Source: Azolla caroliniana (Eukaryota > Plantae > Polypodiophyta). From it: DNA of 64,000 bases. Below, one piece after another: positions 37,371 to 50,544 of this stretch (the first letter of the stretch is position 1; each line of letters starts with the position of its first letter). The notes below the pieces were generated by a model. That model ran no database searches, was not told the origin of the DNA, and saw only the letters and a list, made by a program, of their open reading frames with translations. The translations under genes and the position numbers were made by a program. The stretch covers positions 930,001 to 994,000 of the forward strand of contig JBHGNT010000021.1 in the NCBI GenBank assembly GCA_043228905.1, in the 5' to 3' direction.

Positions 37371-38484
37371 GAATAAGAGAGTTCTCAATCGAACGTCCTT
37401 CATTTTTGGAGGCATTCCTTTGCAATCTAACCAAGTTTGCTGCAGTAAAGACATTTTCTTTTGAACTTGTTCTTCCCATCATCGTCTAGAATTTCACTTC
37501 TATGAGTGCCACATATAGCATGAGGGGGATGAGGAGTTCTCAGTCAATCGCCATTTCCTTCCAGAGACATTCCTTTGCAATGTGACCAATTTGCAGCAGT
37601 CGTGATATTTTCCTTTGAACTTGTTCTTCCCATCTTCTCACATTTAGCTTCTGCAGTGGGAGCCTCAGGTTCACTATTTCCAACATCCCCATTTTGATTA
37701 GCATCTCCTCTTTTAGCAGCATTATACCATGGATTTTGGGTAAGTGGGCAAATGGGCACAGTGGAGGAAGGATTTCCAACAGGTCGAACAAGAGGATGAG
37801 GATCTACTTGAGATCAACTATAGGTGTGAAACCCCTTTTATACACCACAGATTTACAATGCATGAACTATACATGCAACCTCACAGAACTTCACGGCTGC
37901 AGAAGTGACAAGGCTCTACAATCTCACAATAGACTATACAATATAATACAATCTCTGAAATACACAATACAATACAACCTCTCAATCTAAACACCCACAC
38001 AACCTTATAATTGTCCATTCCTCGATGGCCATGACACATAGTACACTAAACTCCTCAAAAATTAAAGCAGGGATTCTTACTTGAGTATCGAGAGAGGTTA
38101 CCAAGTCCATCAAACTTGGATGAGAAGATCCACATACACGTCCTTGCCCAGATTTTCACTTGTCTCTCATATCCTCATCGCAATCATTAGATCAAAAAAA
38201 ACATTTTAAGAAAAAAACACGATAATGGTCTCCACATCTTCTCTCTTGGACAATAGGCCATTTTGGCCTATCGTCAAATATTTTCCAGATTTTGAATAAA
38301 AACTTGGTTACACGTCTTTAGACTATTGAGTATACTCCAAGCTTCATTTTCCTTGTGTGTATGTTGAATAAGAATTAAAACACAATCACTGCCGCTGATC
38401 ACTATGGCACAAGTGCAGTAGCATTTCTACATTTCCAAGGCTGATATAGAACAGCATCGGAAGGGAATCAGTTAGAGAGTGATT

Positions 38485-38905
38485 TAGGTAAATCTGCTAG
38501 CTTTAGACGCTCAACATCACTTCCTAATGCCATTTCAAGGAGTTCATAAGAATCACCAATCGCCATAATCTTCAACTTCCATGGGTACAGCATCGAGTTT
38601 TCCTTCTATGAAGGCTGGTGGAAGATTCTTAGGTAAATCTGCTAGCTTTAGACACTCTACATCACTTCCTAATGCCATTTCAAGGAACTCATAAGAATCA
38701 CCAATCACCATCAACTTCCATGGTACACCATCGAGTTTTCCTTCTATGAAGGCTGGTGGAAAATTCTTAGAGCCGGATTTCTATTGCAGGTGCATTCACA
38801 TCAACTGAGGTGCCAACATAGTTCATGGTTGCCATCTCTAAAGGTTACGGAGAAACAAAGAACTTGCACAAAACAAAGTTTCTTAAGACTTCAGCTCTGA
38901 TACCA
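38485..38905 (-). mobile_element. LTR-retrotransposon remnant: tRNA-iMet PBS followed by degenerate duplicated sequence
   Basis: The minus strand reads ...TTTCA TGGTATCAGAGC at 38905-38894, a canonical PBS after a CA LTR end. A ~144-bp imperfect tandem duplication lies at 38485-38770. Confidence 0.5.
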
Positions 38906-41900
38906 TGAAATAAATGAAAATATGCAGAAGATAACAGTGATCTATTGCAATGTTGTGCATATAAAATCTCCACTTAAATTTTGGCTATTGCCTTCTTTTT
39001 ATAACTTCTAAAATCAACCACTTTTATTAGTAGCTACAGTTTCTTTTTCTTGGGCTTTTTATGTTAGTTTTGAATTTTTGTAGGATGGGGTTAGTATACA
39101 CCCTCATTGTTAAAATTGCATATCCTATGGCCCATGGAACTCCTATAACCCCATATGTTCATGTATATCATACCCAAGGTCCAAGAGAATGGATTCTCTC
39201 CATTCATATGCAAAATTTAGGTAAAATATATTTTTCCTCAGAAATTACTGACTTTGGAAGAATATGTCTATAGTTGTCAAGTACCACCACGGAGGGACAT
39301 TGTATCCCGTTGATGCAAAACGTAATGAATTGAACTTTACGTTCCAAACGGAGAATTAATAGTATTAATCTTCAAACGCCTTTGCATTTCGGGAAATTTA
39401 TGGAATCAAAGTGCTTTGGATCAACATAAGACAGTAGAGATAATGAGATCACATGCCCTACCTACCTAATCCTAGATCCGGATAACACAATAAAGTAAAG
39501 AAATAATGAAATACATTTCATGAATACAAGAAACATATCATAGACTCAGGGGCCATCAAAGAAACCTTTAAAATGTTTGAGTGAAGAGTGAATGGCCTAC
39601 CCTGATATCAATCAAAAGAGGAACTCGTATCTGCAGGACACATAGATCTCTGATATATGAACGACTTCGAGGTAGCAAGGATATGTGTCGCATCGACAAC
39701 TTCTGCCAGAGACATAGGCAGAGAGCATACCACAGAGAACATGCTATGAGACAGATCGATCGATCGATGGGTACTCCGAGGCATTGGATATTTACAAGAG
39801 TACCCATATATTTTCAATAATCTCCTAAAATACCCCCAAACCACTAGCCTCAAAAAGGGGGGTATTTCGGTAAATCCTCAAAATATGGGTGGAGTAGGTG
39901 ATCCACATCTCATCGTTATGGCAATTGGAAATGAGAAGCAAAGTAGAGATAGATAGATTGATTGATTGATAGGTTCTATTATCATCTTTGGAGGACAAAT
40001 ATGTCCTGTGAGACCAAAAATATTACATTTCACGTAGTACATGTGAAAGTGAGCAGCGACTCTTGATGTTCAAGAACTTTACCAATTGATGTTGCAATCC
40101 GAGACTGCATATTATGATTGCGAGAGAAATTCGTGCAAGGATTGGGCTGAATTGAATACGTGTGGAAAGCATGGTTGAATATGATCAAAAGCAAAGCATT
40201 ATATTAAAGTGTGAAACTCAAACTCTCAAACTTGTTTAGGGCAAAGTGTGCATAGATTACTTTGGTCACATGTGCCCCAATGCCCCGTCTCACATCACAA
40301 TGCATGTGAGCTAAGTCGCATGGAAGCAATGATTCGAATGGTAGACAATGGAATGGGCTCTAACATGTATCGATGTGTACAGTTTCCCCCTTTCGTGAAG
40401 AATATTGTTTTGTAGTTAGGTGCAACATGTGTAATATAATGGGTGAAACGTGAGCCTCCACGCTTGTTCCATTTCAAGGTGGTGGGAAATATTACAATGT
40501 GGCAAGCATTCCCATTTACCATTTCGTGCAAAGGTATTCATTCGGAGAGTTATGATTGGTGGGCTCCCATTAGGTTCAACCTAAAAAGAGATGGAGGACT
40601 AAGGTCAAGCACGTGTTTCTTTTGCACCATTCGTTGGAGGACAATACACATAGAGAGCGAGAGCCTATAATTGTTATTATTGAAAGGAGTCACGCATTCT
40701 TCTCATAGTTTTGAGCCATGTATTCACTTTTTGTGGGGAGTAAAATTAAACTTATGCCTATTGAATGGCCTGGTTAGTTATATTGTTGCATCTCTAGGTT
40801 CTTCTTGGAAGAACCTTAAGAAAATTAAGAATTCCTAGCCTACCAAGATGGGGACAATAATATTGTGCCATGTAATTCCAATGTCCGCAACAACCGCAAC
40901 AACGGAGTGTAAAGATCCCAACTAACAAGAAAAGGGAACCTTGTGATATATCATGTACATTTCATCCCTTGTGTTAATCTACTATGTTTAAAATGACCTT
41001 AACTATATAACTTGAAATGATGATGAAAAATAGCAATGTGTTGTCCTTATTCACCAACTTCATGTATGGAACAACGTTACAAAATATAGACACTCAATTG
41101 TAAATGGTTTCTAATATTTACACTGTCCAATGGTGCGCCAGAAAAAATTAAATTAACCAGGATGCACAAGGATGGGAATTGAGGGTCAATATTTTAAAGC
41201 TAGAGAAATATACAAAATTCAATATTTGCTTTCTGGGTTGTGATGAGTCAAGAATATCTTGAAAATAATTGACAATTATCTTGGGTTTAGGGAAGAATTG
41301 TGGGAGAATTGGGGAGGAACAACGTACACAATACAAATGAAATGTCAAGATTCTTAAGGGATGCAACACGGTGCAAATGAAACTCGGAGGACAATCTCGT
41401 ACCATGGATCATAATGTGAATTGGAATCGAGATAATATCGTGGTTACATGACAATTTGTCAAATTGTTTCTTTAGAGGAACACAACATAGATGAAACTTT
41501 GACAATTGTGTAAATTGTGAGTTTTACAAGTAAAAAAACAATATTCATCTAAAGTTCGGGATTTGTCCCATCATTAGGCAAGCAAAACTCTTTGAAATAA
41601 GAGACAATTAACATAAAACATGGCTCGATCGTTTACATGAGCACTTGCATCAACATAATAAAAACATCTTTTAATAATCGTATACGACAAACACATCTAG
41701 CATAAACCTTCGCTACATTCATGAATATATCTACATCATCCAAACGTTCATCATTAGCATGGAACCATTGGACAATCATTCGACCCGAGTCCTAAAATAT
41801 TTCCTTGATCTTTTGTGTTTCAAGACAATTATAAAGAAGATTAATATTAACATCATTCACATGAACACACACAACACATATATAAGCACCAAAAAAGACA

Positions 41901-42197
41901 AATTATTGCATTGGCTATATAATAAACATAAAAACTGAAGGATCAACTCACATAATTCTGTTTGTGTTCTCCAAACCAAATTTATGAACATCAAAAAGTT
42001 TTTTTTTTATATACTGTAAATAGCAGTTTTACTGATATTTCTGGCCAATCATATGATGGGAAGGCAGGCTCAGGCTCATGATCATGCTCATTGCTAGCTA
42101 ATCTAAATAATAGAGGGGCATGATAGGGACACTTCTTATTTATTATTATTATTATTATTATTAAAGGCCTAGCCAAATCTGATGCATCTTTGAGGAA

Positions 42198-42488
42198 TTA
42201 GGGGGATGTGTCAAGAGTAGGAGGAGTAGGGAGGTGACTTGGTGGGGGTGGCACAGGGGTGGGAGGAGGAGGAGGAGGAGGAGGAGGAGAATGGTGAGTT
42301 GTTGGGGATGGTGGCACAGAGGTGGAAGGAGGAGGATTGGATGGTGGTGGTGGTGGTGGTGGTGATGACTTGGGAGGAGGTGGTGATGACATGGACAAAC
42401 CCATGATGGACACCATGACCAGGAGAACTACTACTACTACAACATTACTGCTGTGGACCATCAAGTTCTTCTTCTTCATCATCATCAT
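42198..42488 (-). CDS. Short secreted proline-rich / extensin-like protein, ~96 aa
   Basis: ATG at 42488. Basic plus hydrophobic signal-like stretch (KKK...VVVVVVLLVMVSIMGLSMS), then SP4, SP7 and SP9 motifs. TATAAAAA at ~42722-42715 upstream on the same strand. Confidence 0.65.
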   Translation of the reverse strand: MMMMKKKNLMVHSSNVVVVVVLLVMVSIMGLSMSSPPPPKSSPPPPPPPSNPPPSTSVPPSPTTHHSPPPPPPPPPTPVPPPPSHLPTPPTLDTSP

Positions 42489-44529
42489 TGGTGTGTAAAG
42501 AGGCCTGTTATGAATGAATGAATTTGATGATGATGATGGACCTAACACACTAATGTGGTGTAGTAGTAATGTGTATTGAAGGAAGTATACGTATATGTAA
42601 AGACGTAGTAACTAGGAAATATGAAAGTAGAGGTATACACAATATATGTATATATATAGATGAAGGAATGTAGATGTGATGTGATAGGAATGCAGAGAGG
42701 CAGCCCCCCCCTCCTTTTTATATGTGTGAGGGTCATCCATCCATCCCATGCAAAATTACCAAACACCTTTCTACACCTGGCCTTCTCATCTTTCAACACT
42801 TCTTTTCATTCAACATGCCCAATTCCATCCCTATCATTCAACCTTTCTTCTTCTAGTCACATACCAAACCAACCCACAACCCACAACCCACAACGCATAC
42901 ACATACACACACATCGCCACATACTTCTTTGCTTGCTTCCCAGATAATATCTAGAGGTATGTATGGCAGTTGATCGATGCATCGCATATATATTGGCTGC
43001 GTTAGTTCCTTGCGAGACTTACTTCTACTTTGTAAACCTGATATGACATTGGCCTTGCCTCACAATGCCTTCGAAGTAGTTAGATGTTCGAGAAAACTGT
43101 TTCATTGTTGATAATTGCATTTGTCAATGGGGTTTATATGTGACAAGTGGGACTTACATTTACAAAATGCGAGCCTAATTTGATTGCACTCTACGTAAAA
43201 CCTTACCTCCTTTCATCAAATGGGACCTTGATCAATGAGGAAATGACATTTTTCTTAAGCTTAGCATGGAAATGGAGGGCCCAATAAGCCTTGTGGAGTC
43301 AATAACAAAGGAACAACGATCGAATGTTTATGGATTTGAAGTGTTACAAGCTCCTAGTTCATGACGTTTAGAGGAGCCATAAATTTAAATATTCATGAAA
43401 TGATAACATGGCCAAAAATATCATTAATTACAACGAGGTGGTTTTATTAATTTCGTCTAAAGTCTTGGTTTTAGATTTTGCTAATGTTTGAAATTTGATT
43501 TGAAGCTTAATTTGTATGTTGCGTGCATGACAAATAAATACTAAATCATGAAGAGTTGTGAATCTAACAATTGTTGATGCATAACAACATACGCATGAAA
43601 AACTATTTCCTTAATGATTGTGTTCATGCAATCACCATTTCATGAGGCATATTGATATGAGCTCGAAGTTACAAGAGGTCTTGGTCATGTAGAACCCCGA
43701 TAATCCACGTTGTGTGGGTTATGTGGAGGGTGATAAAGGAATGTTATGAATGAAAGATACTTTTAACATTACACAAATAGATCCTGAAGTCATTCTTTAT
43801 GTATACATATATAAGCTCTATATGGATGATACAAGCATCTACTAGTCCAGTAAAGACACCATTGGTTAACATTGTAACTTCCCTTTTAGACTTCAAGTTT
43901 CGCAATACACCAACTTTGTTACCTTTAAATCTACAAAGCTAATATGCTCGCCTCCTTCCATCTTTGCTAGTTGAAATCCTAGTCATTAACAACAGAAAGA
44001 AGTGAGATGTTTGTTGGGCAAGGCTTCTACCAAAATGTTCGCCAACAGTGACATTGGTCACAGTTTGGCAAAAGAAAGAAGAAAACAAGGCGGACAAGGA
44101 ACAACATGTTCAACTTTGAATGAGGTTTGCACAATGTAGTTCAACAGTGTCTTTTCATTGCAACAAACATTTCGAGCACACGAAAGCAGTAATCGAGAAA
44201 GGTAGGATTAAGAGGGTGGCATGAGGGGAACACAAAATTATTATGCCTCTCTCTAGTGGCCATTGCGTTTTTCCCGGGCCCAAGAAGAACGTGATTAATA
44301 GATATCCCAGATATGGTAGGGAGTCCACATTTATGCTATTGGCCGATGGCGAGTGTTAACTCATGTGTTTCGAGAGGCCCGCAAGGAAGGGTTAATGATT
44401 GTTGTGTTCAAAGGAAGGAAGGAAGCCCTTTGTGAAAAATCAGAAGGGACATATTTGTGATTTATTAGGAATTGTGGGCTAACTATGTAATTATGCGAAA
44501 TATATACACAGGAAACCTGCAGAGGAACC

Positions 44530-47386
44530 ATGGCCAGCTCGATCGAGCTTCTGTCGATGCCCATGAAGAGGAGCGTGATGGAATGGCTGGATGTGCAGGA
44601 AACAGCGAGAAGCCTTCTGTCCAGAACACTCTCTCGGCGTATACCCACCTTCACTTCCGTACCTCCTCTACATCACGTGCCCCTTCACGCAGGTCACGTG
44701 CTAGAGATCGTGGGCCCCTCTGGCTCTGCCAAATCGGAAGTGCTCCTCCAGGCCAGTTGATGATTTCTTTATCTTTATGTGCATGTAGGGATGGTAAAGT
44801 ACTGTTTTGACGAGATTGTCTAAACCCTAAACCCAAGACGTAAACCCTTACCGTATAACAATGATATACAAGCCCCTGGTTCTAACCGTAACCATTTCCC
44901 TGAACCCGTAACTGTAGACTCAACACTACTAGAGCAAGGAAAAAGATTAAAGAGATAGAAAAGGAGAAGAAAAAAGGATGAGAAAAGATATGGATATCTC
45001 TCAACCAAATGCATTATGGTCAACCTATTTGCGACACATATTGGGACTTTTAGGTTTTATCAGAAGATATAGAGCAGCATATCTATGCCCTTTTTATTGA
45101 ACACTTCGAATCTGAAGGCAGATGTAATGATCACTGACCAACCGAAGACGATATTGTAATAAATTTTTGTAGGTTTCACTCAAAGACAGAAAAGGCTAAA
45201 CTAAAATTGGTTGATCCTTTGAATTCCAGTATGCTCTTTTCTACACATATGCATCTGATTGAAATGTTCTAGAGGCTTTGATTTGACAGGCAGCGATAAC
45301 ATGTATTCTCCCTAAGCAAGTGAATGAGATTTCATATGGTGGCTCAGAGGGTGTGGTAATGATGCTTGACTTGGATTGTCGATTTGACATACACCGTTTG
45401 GTCGGTGTACTGCAACTCAGAATACATGAAGCACTTGGTATGTACCTGATTGTGCTGAGTTTTGTTTCTGTTGATTTTATGACTCGAGTAAGAACTCTTT
45501 CTGCAGTTCAACAAGGAACAATGTGTGAATTGGAATGCTCTTCTAAAGAAACGGGTGATGTATTAAGGAGCTGCCTTAAGCGCTTCATTTACATGCGTTG
45601 CTATAATACTCATGATTTCTTGGTGGCTTTAAAGGTAGATGGATTATATGTTCTAAACAGGTTGTTTTAAAGATTGAGGATTTCCCTGTGTCCTTTACAT
45701 GGAAGCATTCTCCTGTTGTGGGATACAGAAATAAGACTGATTTTTATGTTGTTTTTATACGTTCTTATGAATTACAGACTCTACATGTGAAGATTAAAAA
45801 ACTCAGTGAGAGTGGTTCTCAACCACACCTACTTATGATTGATAGGTATGTGATGGGCACGATGATATATAGGTTTGTACTGAACATTCAGATATGTGTG
45901 TTTATGTGTATGTCTTCATAGTGCTTGGATTTCATTTTGATTTGGATTATATATAATTCATGTGGCAGTATCAATGCTTTCTATTGGATTGAACGTGCTG
46001 TTTCTTCTGCAAGCTCTGCATCTGGGAGGTTATCATTAATTCCTCTTAATAAGATGATTCGTCGATGATGAAAGATAACATCTTTATCTCATAGGATGCT
46101 TTTTTGTGATATACAACAAACAGGAAGGCTTTCAGATTACAAGTCATTTCAGAAGCCGTTGTTCACGAACTGAGTCAAGTCCTGCAAACATACCCAGTGC
46201 TCATCCTTACAACTAAGTCTCTGATTCATGCAGGTGAAAGGTACAAGCCTAGAGGGATCTTAGGATCTGATGGACAATAGTATCCTTGATTCCATTATTC
46301 TTGTTTAACTAAGGATAATGGAATCCTCGATCACATTATTCTTGTTTAAATATAAGGAAATAGTATATGCATACACATACTATTAAACATAAAATCGAAA
46401 ACAAAGCAAACTGTTACTGCTCTTAGTTTTTTCTTTATAAAACATATTGTGTTATTATAACGGATATTCTTATTACATGGAATACAGAACACATTCTGAT
46501 AGGATGAAAGGTTTCCACAACCAAGAAAGAGAGCAAAAGCTTGGGAAAATGTCCAACCAGACTTCATCAAAACCAGCAGGTTCTCTGCATACAGATTTTA
46601 TGCCAGCAGTATGGCAGGTGAACTGAAACTTTTTTACTTCAGCATCTAAAGGAAAAAAGAAAGCTCTTTCTGATCATATCACTAAGAAGGAGGGTTGTTA
46701 TTGGGGCAGGGTTTTGTGACTCATCGGCTTCTGCTCCAAGGCCCGTTTCAACCAGGTTTACAAAACTTTAATTTAAGGAATATATAAATTAGTCGGTGTT
46801 TTTGTTTTCACACAACACCTTGTTTTGAGCTACGATGTTAGATATTTTTATATACAATGCAAAACTGCCCACAATGCATGTAATATGAAGTTTACCTTGA
46901 GACTCTAGATGAGGTATGGACATATTCTGAAGGTGCCCATGCATGAGACTTGCTAAACTGCTATGATACATCTCTTGTGCCACCAATACAGCCTTTGTAC
47001 ATCTCTTGTGCTACCAATACTACTTGTGAGGGCATGAGCATTTTGTGATTGCCATATCTTATGGATTAGGTTCCTTGTTAATTGGATTTTTACAACAGTA
47101 AATATTCCTTATGTCCTAAAGTATTGCATTTCTCTGATACCAACTGGGTTTGTTTTCCAACCTGAACTTTTCATCAGAATCAACTCATATGTTGAAAGAC
47201 AACCTTCCCTTCTTCAGTGCTGAATGGGAGAAACCTTGCATCCAGCAGGTGGACAAATTCATTGTCCAGAATGTGAGTATATCTTGTCTACTCCCGAGTT
47301 TGTTTTATCATTTATGTGGGGCCATTATGTGAAATGTTCTCGTGTATCTGGCACCGCAGGATAGAATCAGAGTCATATATGGATAA
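44530..47386 (+). CDS. XRCC2: DNA repair protein XRCC2 (RAD51 paralog), ~10 exons
   Basis: Exons 44530-44751, 45290-45437, 45507-45634, 45778-45845, 45969-46028, 46124-46240, 46503-46617, 46710-46755, 47178-47272, 47360-47386. Motifs WLDVQETA, PPLHHVPL, Walker A-like EIVGPSGSAKS, CILPK..YGG...LDLDCRFD, Walker B LLMIDSINAFYW, FMPAVWQGFVTHR. Confidence 0.9.
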
Positions 47387-49899
47387 GAGATCCTTCAGGA
47401 GCTGAATATCACCTCAGGTTCATGTTTTCCATAACCAGGTCTCATTAGAAAGGATCAATTCTCAGGTCATTGGGGAACTCTAAGGTAAGGTAGAGTTTTT
47501 GTATATATCAAATTTCCTTAGTGAACCTGCCTAATGTATTGTATGTCATTTGGGAAATTGCATTATGTGTGCTTCATTCATCCTGCTGATGTTCTGCTTC
47601 CTGCATTGATGACCAGTCTTCAACTCGAACCACAAATCTCTGTAGATTCATCCTTTGATGATTCTCTATTTGACCATGGAGAATATTCTGAGCTGAATGG
47701 TCTTTTTGGTTGATCTAACAATGTTGCCTAAATGCCGGGGGATCTTTATTCTTACATAAAATCCTGGGTTTTTCCATGGATGCTTCTTTGTATACAACAA
47801 TATGTGTATGGTCTCTAATGGAATTCATGCAGCCTTCAAGTTAATAAAATTAAAACAATCTCTTAACATCTAGGACTTTTTACTATATTTTAATGGGTTT
47901 TGCAGCAGATCGTGACTCATGAATTGATAGCATTAACATTCTTGGAAGGCTAGACATGGGAACACTAGTTGAAGCATATGGTCATTGTCAGATGTTTGAA
48001 CCTTTAGTTATGTGCTAGGGGAAATCAGGTTGCTTGCAATTCGTCTGTTAATGTTTGAGAGTTATAGACTTTGTTAAAAAAACTTTAGGAGCTTAAATCA
48101 TATATGGCCATTCAATGCATACGTTTATATGTCTATATTCGACAAGAGTTTGCAGTTATTTTTGGGAACCTACCACTCAATTTGCTTATCAATATGGAGA
48201 GAAGTATAGAAAATAAATCGTGTGGTTAAATAGTTATTATCAATTTAAATGCCATTCATTCATGATGCATTTGGAGGACTCTTTCCTCATTACGGAATTT
48301 AAGGAAAGCACATTTAATTCCACCATCAAGGAAAATGAAAAGGCCAAAATAGAAGTGTTGATTCTCATATATCAAAACTAAGTCCATCTTGTACAATCTC
48401 TTTGGGTCTTAATAAATTAAAAATTGCAACAATCATCTGGACATTATATTATGCCTATATTCAGGTAACAAGGAATTATGCTGTTTACCAAAGAAATCCT
48501 AGGGTTATGCATAATAGAAAGCACAAAAATCTGGTTTTTATGCTTCAAAGCAAGTGAAGGGGTAAGCAAGAAATTCAAGTGCTAGGAGGTAATGTGTGCC
48601 TTAGCTTGACAAATGAATTGAGCACCTGTAATGCAAGTTAAGAAAGGAACCATAAATGGCCTAATTTGAAGTACTTGACCCTATGAGACGATGATCATCA
48701 TATATGAAAAGTATCATTATCATTTGTAATAAACCTATGGCAATATAATGTGTTGCCATAAACCTTTGGCAGTATCATATGTAAAATTCTCAATGATTGC
48801 ATGACTCCTTAAAAGTAGGATGTGCCTTATATAACTCACACTTTAATTGTGTTCTTGGGCATGTTTCTTTGATGAATATCTGTGTAACTATTGATGTCTA
48901 AATTTTCTTGACTAGGGTGCTCAATGTAAGTAGTATTTATTCTTGATGAGGTAGGTAATTGAGGAACTATCATTGATGCCTTGCTATAAAGTACTAATAA
49001 TAATTAGAGAGAAATGGTAAAATTGGTTGAGTCAACTTGTGACATAAATCATCATTGTCCGGAATATCTAAGGAAAGGACAAAGAGTATGATGTATCAAT
49101 GCTTACCTTGATGTTCTTGTAAACCTATGAAAGTTACATGATATGGTGTAGTAGTCAACATGGCAATACACATTAGATGGATAGTCGTCCACATATTCTC
49201 ATTAGATTGCTGTTTAAGTTGAGCCTAATGTCTTGATGGTGATTTTGTAAATTGGTCTCAATTATGTTAACATGTGATTCGTACACCAAAAAGAACACTT
49301 GTTTTCATGTTAATATGACTCTTGTAAATATCAATGAGACAATAATGAAAACAAATAAAGAGGATTTTCACATCTAGAGTCTAATAGACTTCCAAACATG
49401 TGGAATGAACTAAAGCTAATAGTAGTATGAATATACATGCATTACAAATCTATCATCATCGCTTAATGGACAAGTTATGACACGATCAGATCGGATCACA
49501 TCAGTCTTGAATTTACAAATGTGAAGCATGTGATCTCTATGATGGTTGCTAAAAGTGTGACATGGTTGAATGATCACAATGAGTGAGTTAATACCGGAGA
49601 ATAAGGTTACCATGTGTAAGCCATATTTTTAATTAACCAAAAGAGTGGGATGCACGTCAAAACCCTAACAAATATATACCCCATAAACATGACCATCAAA
49701 CAGCCTTAAAAATTGACCTATAGTCTATTTCCCTTAGGGATGCACCAATAGTGTCTACCATGTTGTTATTATTATGACTCTTACTATTATGATTATGATT
49801 ATGAATTGATTAACCTATCCATCCACCAAGGTTCAAATCTTGGCAATTGCACTAATTTAGTAGATGGAGAGAATGAAAAATCTGAGGAGGTGAAAGGAA

Positions 49900-50219
49900 T
49901 CAATAGATATCGAGAGTCTGTCGAATGTATTGGTTACAGAGGGGGCAACTTCCTCTTCCTCTCCACAGTTCTCTGCTACATTTCCTACAAAAGGTGTGGC
50001 CACATGGAATGAAGCAGGCCCCTTTCAACCCCACCATACACACGCAACATAGTGGATCTAATCGCTCCGACGGCTCCTCCCATGTGTCCCATGGCCCTGC
50101 CTCATAAGATGTCATACCCATTTTGCTCACATGCTCCTCTCTGTGTGCTAGGAAGGCCCGTAGAGGCACCCTCCCTCCACTTATTCTAACTTCTTGACTT
50201 GTGGGTTGAAGTGGTAAAG

Positions 50220-50256
<37 letters not shown>

Positions 50257-50508
50257 TACTGATAACGATGATGATGTTGTCGTTGATGATGATGTTCCGG
50301 TCATTGATGATGATATTGGGGCTGTTGTTATTATTGTTGTTGATGATGATGATATTGGGGTTGTTGTTGTTGTTGTTGATGATGATGGTTCATCTCTTGG
50401 ATCTCGGACTAACAATTCCATAACAAGATTACCATTACTTTGTGATAAAGATGACTCATCTCTTGGATCTCCAACTGACAATGCCCTATCAAGATTACCA
50501 CTATTTCT

Positions 50509-50544
<36 letters not shown>

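Noticed and set aside
39250-44100. Possible DNA-transposon (hAT-like) remnants and short ORFs in intergenic DNA
   Set aside because: No terminal inverted repeats or transposase motifs that I can support by eye. RepeatMasker or tBLASTn would be needed.
47131-47145. PBS-like TCTCTGATACCA in XRCC2 intron 8
   Set aside because: Imperfect match with no recognisable LTR or coding remnant nearby.
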